From assembly GCA_030770535.1 (NCBI GenBank), contig JASVEC010000029.1, positions 558,001-622,000 on the forward strand: a stretch of 64,000 bases of DNA, read 5' to 3'. Below the pieces are notes generated by a model. It was not told where the DNA came from. It ran no database searches and saw only the letters and a program-made list of their open reading frames with translations. The DNA is from Batkoa obscura. Lineage: Eukaryota. Below are positions 25,936 to 36,327 of this stretch, piece by piece (positions within the stretch are counted from its first letter, which is position 1; every line of letters begins with the position of its first letter). The position numbers and the translations under genes were made by a program.

Positions 25936-27264
25936 ATGATATTGCTTAATAATAACGATAATTCACAACCCTCTGGTAACAACATTCAACATGAATTTGG
26001 ATTAGACCCTAAATTAATTCCTTTAAGCAACGGTAGTTTTGGCACGGTTCCTAAGAGTGTAAGAGAAAGTCGAGTTAGCTGGTTATATGAAATAGAGTCT
26101 AATCCCGACTCAAGGATATATAACATATTTCATCTGCTTTTAGAAAAGTCTTTAAGAAGAATAACAAATATAGTTGGCATAAATCCAGAGGATATTGTAT
26201 TTATAAATAATGCTACTCAAGGTGTTAATGCCATTTTGAGGAGTTTAAATTTAACTGAGAAATATAGATTATTTTATTTAAACATTGCCCACAGCTCAGT
26301 GAATATATTGATTGAATCTTTGAAAGAGAAGCAAGGAGCTAACTTGATTAAATTTAGACATAAGCCTGTTAGTGATAAAGAGTCAGTTGAATCAGTAAAA
26401 CAAGTTATTAAAGAAGCAGAATCAAAAGGTGTTAAAATTACAGTAGCTGTTTTGGATGTAATTATATGTTCGCCTGGACTTATACTAATCTATGAAGAGC
26501 TTGCTGCTATATTTGAATAACATAGTGTCAAAGTAGTAGTTAATGGAGCACATCTTTTTGGACAAATTAGACTTAATTTATCAAAAACCGAAGTTGATTT
26601 TTTTACAACTAAGTTACATAAATGGGGTTATACTTGTCGTCCCACTTCAGTATTACTTGTTAAAAAAGCTTATCAATTGACCCTTCATCCCGCTATTATT
26701 ACCATCAGCTATGGGTCAAATAACTTTCAATCGGTTTTTGAATGGCCAGGCACTATTGATTTTTCATGTTGGTTAGCAACAGATGCTTCTTTAGATTTTA
26801 TTGAGAAACATGGACATGATAATATTATCAATTATATTCATAATTTGGCATGGGAAGGAGGCCAACGAGTAGCTAAGTTAATTGGTGGTAAAGTTTTGGG
26901 TGAGGAACACCAAAGTGGGGATATGGTTAATATTGAATTGCCACTCAAGTTAGAAAGTAATCGAAGTAATCAACAGTCATTTCTGAAATTTATTTGGAAT
27001 AAATACCGGTATTGTATCAAATGCTTCTACTATAGAAAACAATGGCATCTGAGATTATCTGGTTAAGTATTTTTAATCTTACGACATTTTAAAAATTTTG
27101 GTAAGTTATTACCAAATGGGGATATATTTTTGTGTTTAAGAATTTTACTAACAATCTTTCCACTCAAATAGCGCTTAAAAAATGGAAAAAATAATGAAGC
27201 CAAAAAAACACCCCCAAATGTTATTATCAAATTTCAAAAATCCTTAGATGGGGCCCTAGTTTAA
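25936..27264 (+). pseudogene. Inverted duplicate of the class V aminotransferase, pseudogenised
   Basis: Colinear with 22546-23769; TAA at 26518 (parent E) and 27064 (parent Q); DGAH changed to NGAH; MITE inserted at 27118. Confidence 0.9.
27118..27215. mobile_element. Sola-related ~98-bp MITE inserted in the pseudogene
   Basis: aaat-GGGGATATAT...ACACCCCC-aaat; removing it plus one AAAT restores GKLLPNVIIKFQKSLD (parent GKLAPNAIIEFKKSLN). Confidence 0.92.
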
Positions 27265-27608
27265 ATATTGATTTGTTGAATTAAATAGTTTTTAAAAATG
27301 ATCATTTTTTTATTTACATCTTTATTAATAGATAATATTATTATTTTGTTTCATTAGTCTTTTTATTTAAAATAGATGCTGAGTTATAGTTTGAAATAGC
27401 AGAAAAAAGGGTCCATTTTAAACATATGGGGGTGTCCGAATTGGTTTCAGAATTTAACTAGAAATTAATCCAAATTTTAAGTTTTTAAATTTGTAAGTCT
27501 TTAATGTATAATTAGCTAAATTTAAAAAGCTTAAAATTAAATATAAAAATTTAACTTAAAGACTTATTTTATTTATTTTATTTTATTTTATTTTTTTGAT
27601 TATATGTT

Positions 27609-27967
27609 TGTGAAAGTTAGTACTCAGCAATTGGAGTTGAAAGCAGCTCTAGCTTAGTTAACTGGCCGTAAGTCAAAAGGCCTTAGTTTATGTAGCTAAG
27701 ATAGACTTAAATCAATAGGAGTAATACGCAATAAGCTACGAGCTATGTAAAATAAATAGAATACAGGATATTACTATAAAATCTACATAAGATATTATCA
27801 GAAAGATTTAGTGGCTTTATTAAAAGTAAAATATTAGGGAACAATTTAATTAAAAAGCCTTGAGCTATTATGTTGAGAATCTATTTTATACTCAACTAGT
27901 TTTGTAAACAAGTTAAGTGATTATTATGCGATAATCAATCACAGAGATGATGAAACGATATTTCACA
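27609..27967 (-). mobile_element. Diverged solo LTR of the same Gypsy family, opposite orientation
   Basis: TGTGAAA...TTTCACA termini; matches the reverse complement of the 400-bp LTR (taagtcaaaagg.cttagtttatgt..ctaagatagactt; ttagtggctttattaaa; taaaaagcct); flanks atgtt/gtgtt. Confidence 0.88.
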
Positions 27968-29174
27968 GTGTTTTGTATTTTTTATTAAATATTCAATAGC
28001 TATATAATATATAATTATATAGTTATTTGACTTTGTTTTTTGTTAAAATAAAAACAAAATGCAAGCTTTTATAACTAAACTTCGAAATGGAATTTCTAAA
28101 AACTTTAATACGGTAGGGAGAAGCACATTGTATAAACATTGTAATTCATTTACATCAATTTTAGCAACTATTCACAATTGCCCAAAGTTTATGGAATTTT
28201 ATAATAAAACAAAAAAAAGAAAAGAAATATTATTAAATTTTACTATTAATAATAACAAACTTAATCAAGCAATGTATAAAATTAGTGTTTTAAGGGAAAC
28301 AGGAAACAAAAACCAACAAGTAGCATTATTATCGACTATAGCTTCAGTATATTCTTTTGATGAATGTAAAAGTTTTGGATTTAATATAAGTAAAAATCAA
28401 TATGATTATTCAAAAATAATTAATAATAATAAAATACCAACATTACGACCTACTATCAAAAATACAAAAAAAATTAAAGATGAGCAAATCGAGATTATTA
28501 TACAATATTTACTTGATAATTCAACTATTTCATCAAGATTTAGTAAGAAAAATAATGATAAATATTCGTCAGAGAATATATATATATTAAATAAAAGTAG
28601 AAGGATGATATACAGTAAGTATTTTAATGATTTAAAAGATAAAGCAGTAGCTAGGTCAACATTTTTCAAATATATACCAAATAATTTTAAAAATCCAGCA
28701 AGAAAAACAGATTTATGTAATATATGTGCCCAGTATACAGTTAGAAAAAAGTTATTTGAAAATAAAATAAATACAGCGACAGAAAATAAAGCAGAGATAC
28801 AGGAATCTTTTAATAAAGAAAAAAGGTTATATAAATTACATGAATTTTGTGTTGATACTCAAAAAAACATACTTAATGAAACTATTGAAAAATTAAATAA
28901 TAGAAGTTGTATAATAATTTTAGACTTTAAACAAAATATGGAAATAGGAACGAGACCAGATCCAATAAACTTAGATCATTATAACAAACAAGCTATATCA
29001 GTATTAGGGTTTGGCGTTTTGTATTTAAAAAACGATAAAACAATAGGCAAAGTTTATTTTGATTATTTATCTGAAATATTAAATCATGATTCAGCATATG
29101 CAGGAGATTGTTTGATTGATTTAATATCTAAAGAGCCTTTGTTTAAAAAGTTTACAAAAATTAATATATGGGCA

Positions 29175-29574
29175 TGTGAAATATCGCTTTGTCAGTCCCA
29201 TGGTTAATTATTTTGATTTGTTATGAGAATTTCTAGTTCCACCCAAAAGAATATTATCTTCTCATTTTGATACTTATACTTTTCAGAGTATAAAAGAGTT
29301 TACAGAATATAATAGTTCGAGGCTTTTTAACTGAATTAATCCCTGATATCTCGAACATTTAATAAAGCCACTAAGTTTTCTTAATAGTATTTTACATAGA
29401 TTTTACATTAGTATTGTCTATTCTATTTGTCTTATATAGCTTGTAACCTATTACGTGCTATTCCTCATAACCCAAGTCTATCTTAGTCACATAAACTAAG
29501 ACCTTTTGACTTATAGTGTAGTCAACCCAGCAATAGCTGTTCTTGACTCCAAACCCTGAGTACCAGATTTCACA
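29175..29574 (+). repeat. 5' LTR (400 bp)
   Basis: TGTGAAAT...ATTTCACA 8-bp terminal IR; reads identical to 36328-36727. Confidence 0.97.
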
Positions 29575-29576
29575 TT

Positions 29577-29594
29577 TGGCGCTCATAACTGGGA
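29577..29594 (+). promoter_or_regulatory. Primer binding site
   Basis: TGGCGCTCATAACTGGGA, 2 nt after the 5' LTR; TGG is complementary to tRNA CCA; primer tRNA not identified. Confidence 0.8.
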
Positions 29595-29703
29595 AAGCTC
29601 TTATAACTATTTTAGATAGCCTTTATAATCTTTCCTTTACGGTCCTTACCGCGTAACCACCCCAAACAAAGAAAAACCCCCTTAACCTCCTTAATTCTCA
29701 ACT

Positions 29704-32220
29704 ATGGTCGACAATGGTCTTGTACCTTATTTTGCGGACTCAAAATACCTTCTTGATAACCGTCAACAGTTGATCATCACTGAATACGACATGGGTAGTA
29801 GTGATGAAGAGGAAGCTAGTGTTCTGACCCCAGAAATAGAAACTGCTGCTTTAAATCAAGCTGCACTACCTCCTCACGTTGTAAACTCAGTCGTTACCTA
29901 CGGAGCTGTCCCTATGCACGTCCTTGATGGTGACCTCTCCGCTTGGAGACAATACCAAAATAGTGGCTCCAGTACTCAAATCAATTTTCGTGCCCAGTAC
30001 CAAACGGTACCTACCCTTTCCCACGTTCAACAATATCTAGTAGAGTTCCTGCACAACAAACTCATCCAGATGGTTGGTGAACTCGACCGTCTTTCAATTC
30101 ATAACAATGAATTGTCTACCTCTTTAAGCTCACTTTTAGCTACGGTTAACAACCTTTCCATGATCAGTAACCAAAAGAGTGGTGTCATCGCCCCTTCAAA
30201 TGAACTCCATGTTAGTAAGTTAAATGAGCTCAATCAAAGACTCAATAACACCGTTACCTATGAAGCCCACAGAGAGTTAGTAAGAGAAGTAGGAGATCTC
30301 AAAGCTGAATTACGTCAGCTCGATACTGCTCTACATTCTGAACTTGTTAAAATCTCCGATGAGATCAACCTTTCCCTCACTGAGATCAATGACCATACTA
30401 CTGAAAGAATCTCAGATATTGACGGAAAAACAAAAGCCACTTTCGCAGAACTCCACAGATCGCTAATGAATAAATTCAAAGAGTATAATCACCGCTTATC
30501 CTGTATTGAACAATCCCCTCCATCTACTTCAACCAAAGATGCTAGAATCTTGGCTTTAGAACAAGATTTAGCTGTTTGTAATGAACAAATGGCTCAACAA
30601 GTGACTACCATTAGCCAGCTTATCACCTCCAATAATAATTTGAAGGAACAAATTAGACTGGACAAAGAACAAACAGTAGTTGACTGGGAGGAAATCTCGC
30701 GTAACATACAGAGTACCAGAGAAGAGCTCATTCTTCTTCAGACTAAGGTAGCTTCAAATACTAACCAAATCAAGGCATCTTCTTGCAATTGTAGAAAGGA
30801 GCGTATTGCTGTTTCAGCACCTCCCTCCAGACTCTCGAGTTACAGAGACGTTCCAAGATACAATATGTATGATCTGGGTGATAGTGCCACAGAATCTATC
30901 TTTGGTACTGAATATCAAATAAACCATAAGTATCATGGGTTTGTTCACTTGGTACAACCGGATGATCAAACAAAGAAAGAAGAGAATTCTCCCCAAGTTT
31001 CCACATACCTACCCCAATCAAATCCTAGAATGACTGCTGTACCTACTGATGGTATTTACTCAAGAAATCCTGCTACAGGATCTAACGCTGATCCAATACG
31101 ACCTCGTGTACAATCTTATGCTGAAGTCAACCTAGCCAATCCTTTTAACAAAAATAAGTCATCACATATTGCCCCTCAAATCGCTCAACATATACCCTAT
31201 GAGAAATCTTCACCTCACTACGTACAAGCCGATCCGATTACTGTTCAACATGATCATGGTATATCACACAATACCCATGACGCTTATTTTAGTCATCCTG
31301 GACCTTCTGGTAACGATCCAAAATCACATAGCTTCTCAACACACCGCCACAACTACCCAAGAAGCTCCCAACCTGTTAACACAAAGTTTAATTTTAGTCT
31401 TTTATTCAATCCAAGTGAAATTACTGCTACTACCTTCATTAAAGCTCTAGAAGTTCATCTCGATGCTAACAACTGGACCTATGAATGTCGTCCTCAATGC
31501 CTTTTAGGTCAACTACAAACAAATGAACTTTCTTGGTGCATGACTTTACCTGACGACTTACGCAGTAATTGGGATTCCTTCAAAAAGGCGTTTATAGACC
31601 ATTATGATTCCGATGTAAAAATGGAAGCAAAAAAGGCAGCCCTCTTATCTTTACGTTTAGACGACGAAAATAAACTTGAGAGTTTCATTACAAACGTAAG
31701 AAATCGTGCTAATGCCTTAATTTCCTGTGGAAAGTTAAGCGTTACAGACCTCCGCCTGGCCTTCCAGCGAAACCTTCCAAGTCATATCGCATGCCTTTTT
31801 CTAGATCCTCACCATAACATCACCAACGTTACACAGATGATAGAGATTTTAGAATTATACCTTGGAAGTCCAAAAAGTGAAGTTAGACCCAAGAAATTAT
31901 ATGTTAATCACATAGATAAAGGGATGGACAACAACGAATACCTTCATTGTTTTACCATCACTCAACAACACTACTCCAACCATCGTAAATCTCGAGTATT
32001 TACTGGATGCTGGAACTGTGGTGAATATGGACACATTACCGTTAACTGCACTGAACCAAAGCCAGAAAATGGTATTTTTAAATATTATTTCGAAAAGAAT
32101 GTTCGCAACAATGAACGTTTCAATAAAAATAAACAAATAAATCACCTCAATTATAACGATACTGAAGGCGATGATACTGAGAAGTTTGTCGACTCCGATA
32201 ACGAGTCAAAAAACTTCTAA
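29704..32220 (+). CDS. gag: Gag (838 aa): long coiled-coil N-terminus, capsid-like domain, CCHC zinc knuckle
   Basis: Capsid-like FIKALEVHLDANNW..WDSFKKAFIDHY; knuckle CWNCGEYGHITVNC. Confidence 0.9.
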   Translation: MVDNGLVPYFADSKYLLDNRQQLIITEYDMGSSDEEEASVLTPEIETAALNQAALPPHVVNSVVTYGAVPMHVLDGDLSAWRQYQNSGSSTQINFRAQYQTVPTLSHVQQYLVEFLHNKLIQMVGELDRLSIHNNELSTSLSSLLATVNNLSMISNQKSGVIAPSNELHVSKLNELNQRLNNTVTYEAHRELVREVGDLKAELRQLDTALHSELVKISDEINLSLTEINDHTTERISDIDGKTKATFAELHRSLMNKFKEYNHRLSCIEQSPPSTSTKDARILALEQDLAVCNEQMAQQVTTISQLITSNNNLKEQIRLDKEQTVVDWEEISRNIQSTREELILLQTKVASNTNQIKASSCNCRKERIAVSAPPSRLSSYRDVPRYNMYDLGDSATESIFGTEYQINHKYHGFVHLVQPDDQTKKEENSPQVSTYLPQSNPRMTAVPTDGIYSRNPATGSNADPIRPRVQSYAEVNLANPFNKNKSSHIAPQIAQHIPYEKSSPHYVQADPITVQHDHGISHNTHDAYFSHPGPSGNDPKSHSFSTHRHNYPRSSQPVNTKFNFSLLFNPSEITATTFIKALEVHLDANNWTYECRPQCLLGQLQTNELSWCMTLPDDLRSNWDSFKKAFIDHYDSDVKMEAKKAALLSLRLDDENKLESFITNVRNRANALISCGKLSVTDLRLAFQRNLPSHIACLFLDPHHNITNVTQMIEILELYLGSPKSEVRPKKLYVNHIDKGMDNNEYLHCFTITQQHYSNHRKSRVFTGCWNCGEYGHITVNCTEPKPENGIFKYYFEKNVRNNERFNKNKQINHLNYNDTEGDDTEKFVDSDNESKNF

Positions 32221-32270
32221 GTGGGAGGATAAATGAGGATCCCCCTTCCACGAAGTTAAAAATTCCTCCT
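32208..32270 (+). promoter_or_regulatory. Programmed -1 ribosomal frameshift signal
   Basis: Slippery A AAA AAC (32208-32214) before the gag stop; 6-nt spacer; stem GTGGGAGG/CCTTCCAC; pol frame is -1 and open from this site. Confidence 0.85.
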
Positions 32271-35200
32271 GATCCAGATGATAGCACTGGATTAGACCTT
32301 AAAGTTAATACGCTTTCAAAATTTGACCCCTCTACCCTCATCCTAGCACTTCCTTCGCGAATTCGTGGTAGACCTAAAAAGAAAAGAGTTCCTGTTGTGG
32401 AAATCCCTAAAGTCATTCCACCTCGAATTTTCAAGCTACCTGATAACTCTATTAATGCTCCTGATTCGATTCCAATGAACGAGATCTCCAAACCTTACAT
32501 CTCACAATTATCCGATTTATCTAAACTATCCCTCACACAAAGCGAACTAGATAACACGCATCAGTGGTTAACCAATGTTACGATCCCAATCCCGCTAGAC
32601 AAGATCTTAACTGGAGAATCAGACTTAGCAATTGCATTTAGAAAAATTATTAGAGAATACCAGAATCCAAATAAACAGATTCTTTTAGTAAACCTCGATG
32701 ACAAAGCTAACTCCATCGATTGTACTTACATCAATGCGTCAATTTATAAAAAGAATGTACGCATCATATTAGATAGTGGAGCTCCTATCAATTTCATATC
32801 GAGTCGTCTGGTAAAACGATTATCCTTTAAACCAGATATAGATTGCTCAGACACCTTTGGTACAGCTGGAACTGGAACTACTACAGCGCTAGGAGCATAC
32901 TCATCAATACCAATCAAATTTGGAAAACTAACCTTAGCCTTTCCAGCAATAGTATTAGAAAGTGAAGGTTATGACTTCCTCCTAGGCACCGAATTCTTTG
33001 TGAAACACGGTTGTCAATTGTTGTACGATCAAAATATCTTAAAAATATTAGATCAATCCATCCCAATGTACTACAATAAACCAAGAGACCTATCTATCAA
33101 TATGATAAACAATAAATCTCCTGGCTGCCGTATAATGAACTATCGGACCAACAATAAATTAATTGATGTCACTCTCTGCGGATCAGAATCCGTAATTCAT
33201 CAATATCCAGAGATAGCATATAAACAGTCTGGAATTCCCGTTATTTCTCCTAAGAACTTATTAATACCGCCTAAGTCACAGATAGTATTAGATACTGAGA
33301 TCTCACTATGGATACCTAAGGAATTCCATTTATCTATATATAGTATAGAAGGTGTCTCACAATTAGAACCACTAACTATGCCCGGAATTTTAGGCAACAA
33401 CATGAATGAGACTATCAAGTTATTACTTGCAAACATTACCAAAAAAGAAATCAATATCTCTAGAGGCCAACAGATTGGCACGATATACGTAGAAAACAAC
33501 GCCTTGATTAATACTTTCAGTAAATTTGCAACACTAGAAGAATTTCAAATTCACGAAGAGGCCCCAAATAACCAAGCCCTTTTTGTGGAAAAAGACACTA
33601 TTAACCATCTAAACCAAGATGAACAACTCCAATTTTATAAATTGCTGGAGGAATATAAAGACATATTCGCAACTTCAGAAGAAGATATTGGTTGCGCTCG
33701 CAATACTAAACATAAAGTATATACATGTGATTCATTACCCGTCGCAACTAAAGCATATCGTAAATCTCAATCTGAACTCAAAGCAGAACGAGAAGAAGTT
33801 CAAAAACTCTTAAGGCTAGGTTTAATCATTCCTTCAAATAGTCCATGGGCCTCCCCCCTTATGATCGTTAAGAAAAAAGATGGAACTAATAGAGTAGTTA
33901 TGGACTATAGAAAGCTTAACAAAATCACAAAGAAAGATGTATACCCTCTACCCAGAATAGACGATGCGGTTGACCGATTACAAGGTGCTAAATACTTTTC
34001 AGCAATGGATTTAATCTCAGGATACTGGCAGGTAGAAATGGATCCAGAAGACCAAGAAAAGTGCGCTTTAATAACTTCTGAAGGACTATTTCAACCAACT
34101 AGGATGCCACAAGGCCTTTCGAACGCTCCCGCTACATTCCAGCGTCTTATGGATAATACACTAGGTGACCTTAAACTTTCGTGCGTATTAATTTACTTAG
34201 ATGACTTGAATGTGTTTTCAAGAACTTTTATAGATCACTTAACTCATCTTAAAGCAGTATTTGAGCGCCTCCGTCAAGCCAATCTAAAGTTAAAACCAAA
34301 GAAGTGTTCATTCTTCCAAACTAGTTTGGAATTTCTAGGCTATAAAGTCTCTGACAAAGGACTAGCCCCTATTCCAAATAAACTAGATGCAGTGAAGGAG
34401 CTTCTCCCCCCAACTACGATGCGGGAGGTACAAGTATTCCTTGGATTAATGAATTATTATCGAAGGTTTATAAAAGACTTTTCGAATTTAGCTACCCCAC
34501 TGTTCCAATTACTAAAGAAAGAAGTCAAGTTTCAATGGAAGGAAGAACACCAACAAGCTTTTGAAGAGCTTCGCAACAAGCTGCTTAACGCCCCAGTATT
34601 GATGTTTCCAAATTTCTCAAAGCCCTTCTCACTACATACTGACGCTAGTCTAACTGCAGTTGGAGGTGTTTTAAGTCAACTCGATGATAACAATTGTGAA
34701 CACCCAATAGCCTATACCTCTAGGACCTTGTCGAAACACGAAAGGAACTACACTACAACAGAGAAAGAATGCCTTGCAATTATTCATGCTATAAAGGCAT
34801 TTAGACCGTATATCTACGGCACTCACTTTACTGTTATTACTGATCATGTTTCCCTAAAATGGTTGTATTCAATCACTAATCCTGAAGGACGTTTAGCTAG
34901 GTGGGCTCTAAAACTACAATCGTATAGTTTTGATATAGTATATAAACCAGGTAAAGATCATCAAAATGCAGATGGGCTTAGCAGGTTACCCAGAATTTGT
35001 CTAGCTACCCCCATAGATGATGATTTGTACAATCTATTGGGTAATAAAGATAAATGGCCGCAGCAGCAGCCTGAACTCAAACAATGGCTTGAGAAAAACG
35101 CTCAAAATATCATTGTAAGAGATAATGCCTTGTATAAAAAGATTAAGGGAACATATATTCCATATATTAGGCCTTCTTCACGACTATCTGCATGCCAACA

Positions 35201-36230
35201 ATTCCATGATGTAATCTGTGGACATTCAGCCTTCCAAAAAACATACGATACTATGAAAGTCTCCTGCTATTGGGAATCAATGATACCAGATTTGGAAGAC
35301 TTTATAAATAATTGCGATGTTTGCAAGAGGGAACAAAGTAAAATAAAAGCTACAGCCTATAAGTTTATTTTACCTAAACATGCATTTCACACGGTAAGTA
35401 TAGATGTAATAGGTCCTCTCTGTGAGGCCTCCTCGGTAAGAGGGAACAAATTTATTGTTGTAGCTATCGACCATCTAACTAAGTGGGTTGAAGCAAAAGC
35501 AATACCAAATCAGACTTCCTTTCACATATCTAAATTTATATACGAGGATATTATTTGTAGGCATGGAAGCCCTCAGGTGATACTTACTGATAACGCTGCC
35601 AATTTTGTTAACCTGGTTCTCCCGAAATTAGCTAGACTAATGGCCATAAAGCATTCTACTGCAGCTCCATATCATCCTGAAACTAACGGAATGGTTGAGA
35701 GAGTAAACGGTACACTAGTACGTATATTAAGGAAGCTGGCTTTCGATAAAACTAGCTCTTGGGATGAATATCTACATTCTGCTATTTTAGCATATAGATA
35801 TTCAGTACATAGTATTACCAAAAAATCCCCTTTTGTTATGCTTTATGGGAGACATCCGGGACTCCCCATATCATTCGCTCCTTTGATAGTTAGACAAGAA
35901 GAGATGAGTCCTGACATGTACTTGCTTAAGCTAACAAAAAAACTAATAGCTATCCAAGTTGACGCCTTTAATGCATTGACAGACTCGAAAACAAGGAGGT
36001 ATCGACAAGACATTTCTCGACTTCCTCGTCTAGCTGTCTTCAAAGTAGGTGATATCGTTCATCTGTACCCTTCCTATAATCAATCTAGAAAAAATAAACT
36101 AGCATTGAAATGGGATGGACCATATGAAGTCATACATAAACACTTGTATGATAGCTATTCAATTAAACATAAACGAACAAGCGTTATATATAACCGAGTC
36201 CATGCCAAGTTTCTCAAATCAGCAATGTGA
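32208..36230 (+). CDS. pol: Pol polyprotein: aspartic protease, dUTPase-like domain, RT, RNase H, integrase
   Basis: ILDSGA; YLDD; HTDAS..EKECLA..TDH..NADGLSR; HHCC, SIDVIG..TDNA..VERVN; GPY; no chromodomain seen. Confidence 0.95.
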   Translation, partial: KKLLSGRINEDPPSTKLKIPPDPDDSTGLDLKVNTLSKFDPSTLILALPSRIRGRPKKKRVPVVEIPKVIPPRIFKLPDNSINAPDSIPMNEISKPYISQLSDLSKLSLTQSELDNTHQWLTNVTIPIPLDKILTGESDLAIAFRKIIREYQNPNKQILLVNLDDKANSIDCTYINASIYKKNVRIILDSGAPINFISSRLVKRLSFKPDIDCSDTFGTAGTGTTTALGAYSSIPIKFGKLTLAFPAIVLESEGYDFLLGTEFFVKHGCQLLYDQNILKILDQSIPMYYNKPRDLSINMINNKSPGCRIMNYRTNNKLIDVTLCGSESVIHQYPEIAYKQSGIPVISPKNLLIPPKSQIVLDTEISLWIPKEFHLSIYSIEGVSQLEPLTMPGILGNNMNETIKLLLANITKKEINISRGQQIGTIYVENNALINTFSKFATLEEFQIHEEAPNNQALFVEKDTINHLNQDEQLQFYKLLEEYKDIFATSEEDIGCARNTKHKVYTCDSLPVATKAYRKSQSELKAEREEVQKLLRLGLIIPSNSPWASPLMIVKKKDGTNRVVMDYRKLNKITKKDVYPLPRIDDAVDRLQGAKYFSAMDLISGYWQVEMDPEDQEKCALITSEGLFQPTRMPQGLSNAPATFQRLMDNTLGDLKLSCVLIYLDDLNVFSRTFIDHLTHLKAVFERLRQANLKLKPKKCSFFQTSLEFLGYKVSDKGLAPIPNKLDAVKELLPPTTMREVQVFLGLMNYYRRFIKDFSNLATPLFQLLKKEVKFQWKEEHQQAFEELRNKLLNAPVLMFPNFSKPFSLHTDASLTAVGGVLSQLDDNNCEHPIAYTSRTLSKHERNYTTTEKECLAIIHAIKAFRPYIYGTHFTVITDHVSLKWLYSITNPEGRLARWALKLQSYSFDIVYKPGKDHQNADGLSRLPRICLATPIDDDLYNLLGNKDKWPQQQPELKQWLEKNAQNIIVRDNALYKKIKGTYIPYIRPSSRLSACQQFHDVICGHSAFQKTYDTMKVSCYWESMIPDLEDFINNCDVCKREQSKIKATAYKFILPKHAFHTVSIDVIGPLCEASSVRGNKFIVVAIDHLTKWVEAKAIPNQTSFHISKFIYEDIICRHGSPQVILTDNAANFVNLVLPKLARLMAIKHSTAAPYHPETNGMVERVNGTLVRILRKLAFDKTSSWDEYLHSAILAYRYSVHSITKKSPFVMLYGRHPGLPISFAPLIVRQEEMSPDMYLLKLTKKLIAIQVDAFNALTDSKTRRYRQDISRLPRLAVFKVGDIVHLYPSYNQSRKNKLALKWDGPYEVIHKHLYDSYSIKHKRTSVIYNRVHAKFLKSAM

Positions 36231-36316
36231 TTCAATGAATACAATTTGTAACTAGTCAAATTCCATCTCATAGGTTCTCGGTAAGTAAGCCATAAAAATT
36301 CACTATATCAAATCAT

Positions 36317-36327
36317 AGGGAGGGAAA
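36317..36327 (+). promoter_or_regulatory. Polypurine tract
   Basis: AGGGAGGGAAA immediately before the 3' LTR. Confidence 0.9.

Noticed and set aside
3029..27066. TAA-to-Gln reassignment suggested by four in-frame TAA codons aligned to Q, H, E and Q
   Set aside because: Conserved genes here (mago, RPS24, RPL20, VMA8, INO80) end at TAA, and the affected copies are duplicates, one with other lesions
4620..27595. (TTTTA)n and (TTTA)n tracts at ~4620, ~10351 and ~27565
   Set aside because: Ordinary microsatellites in AT-rich DNA
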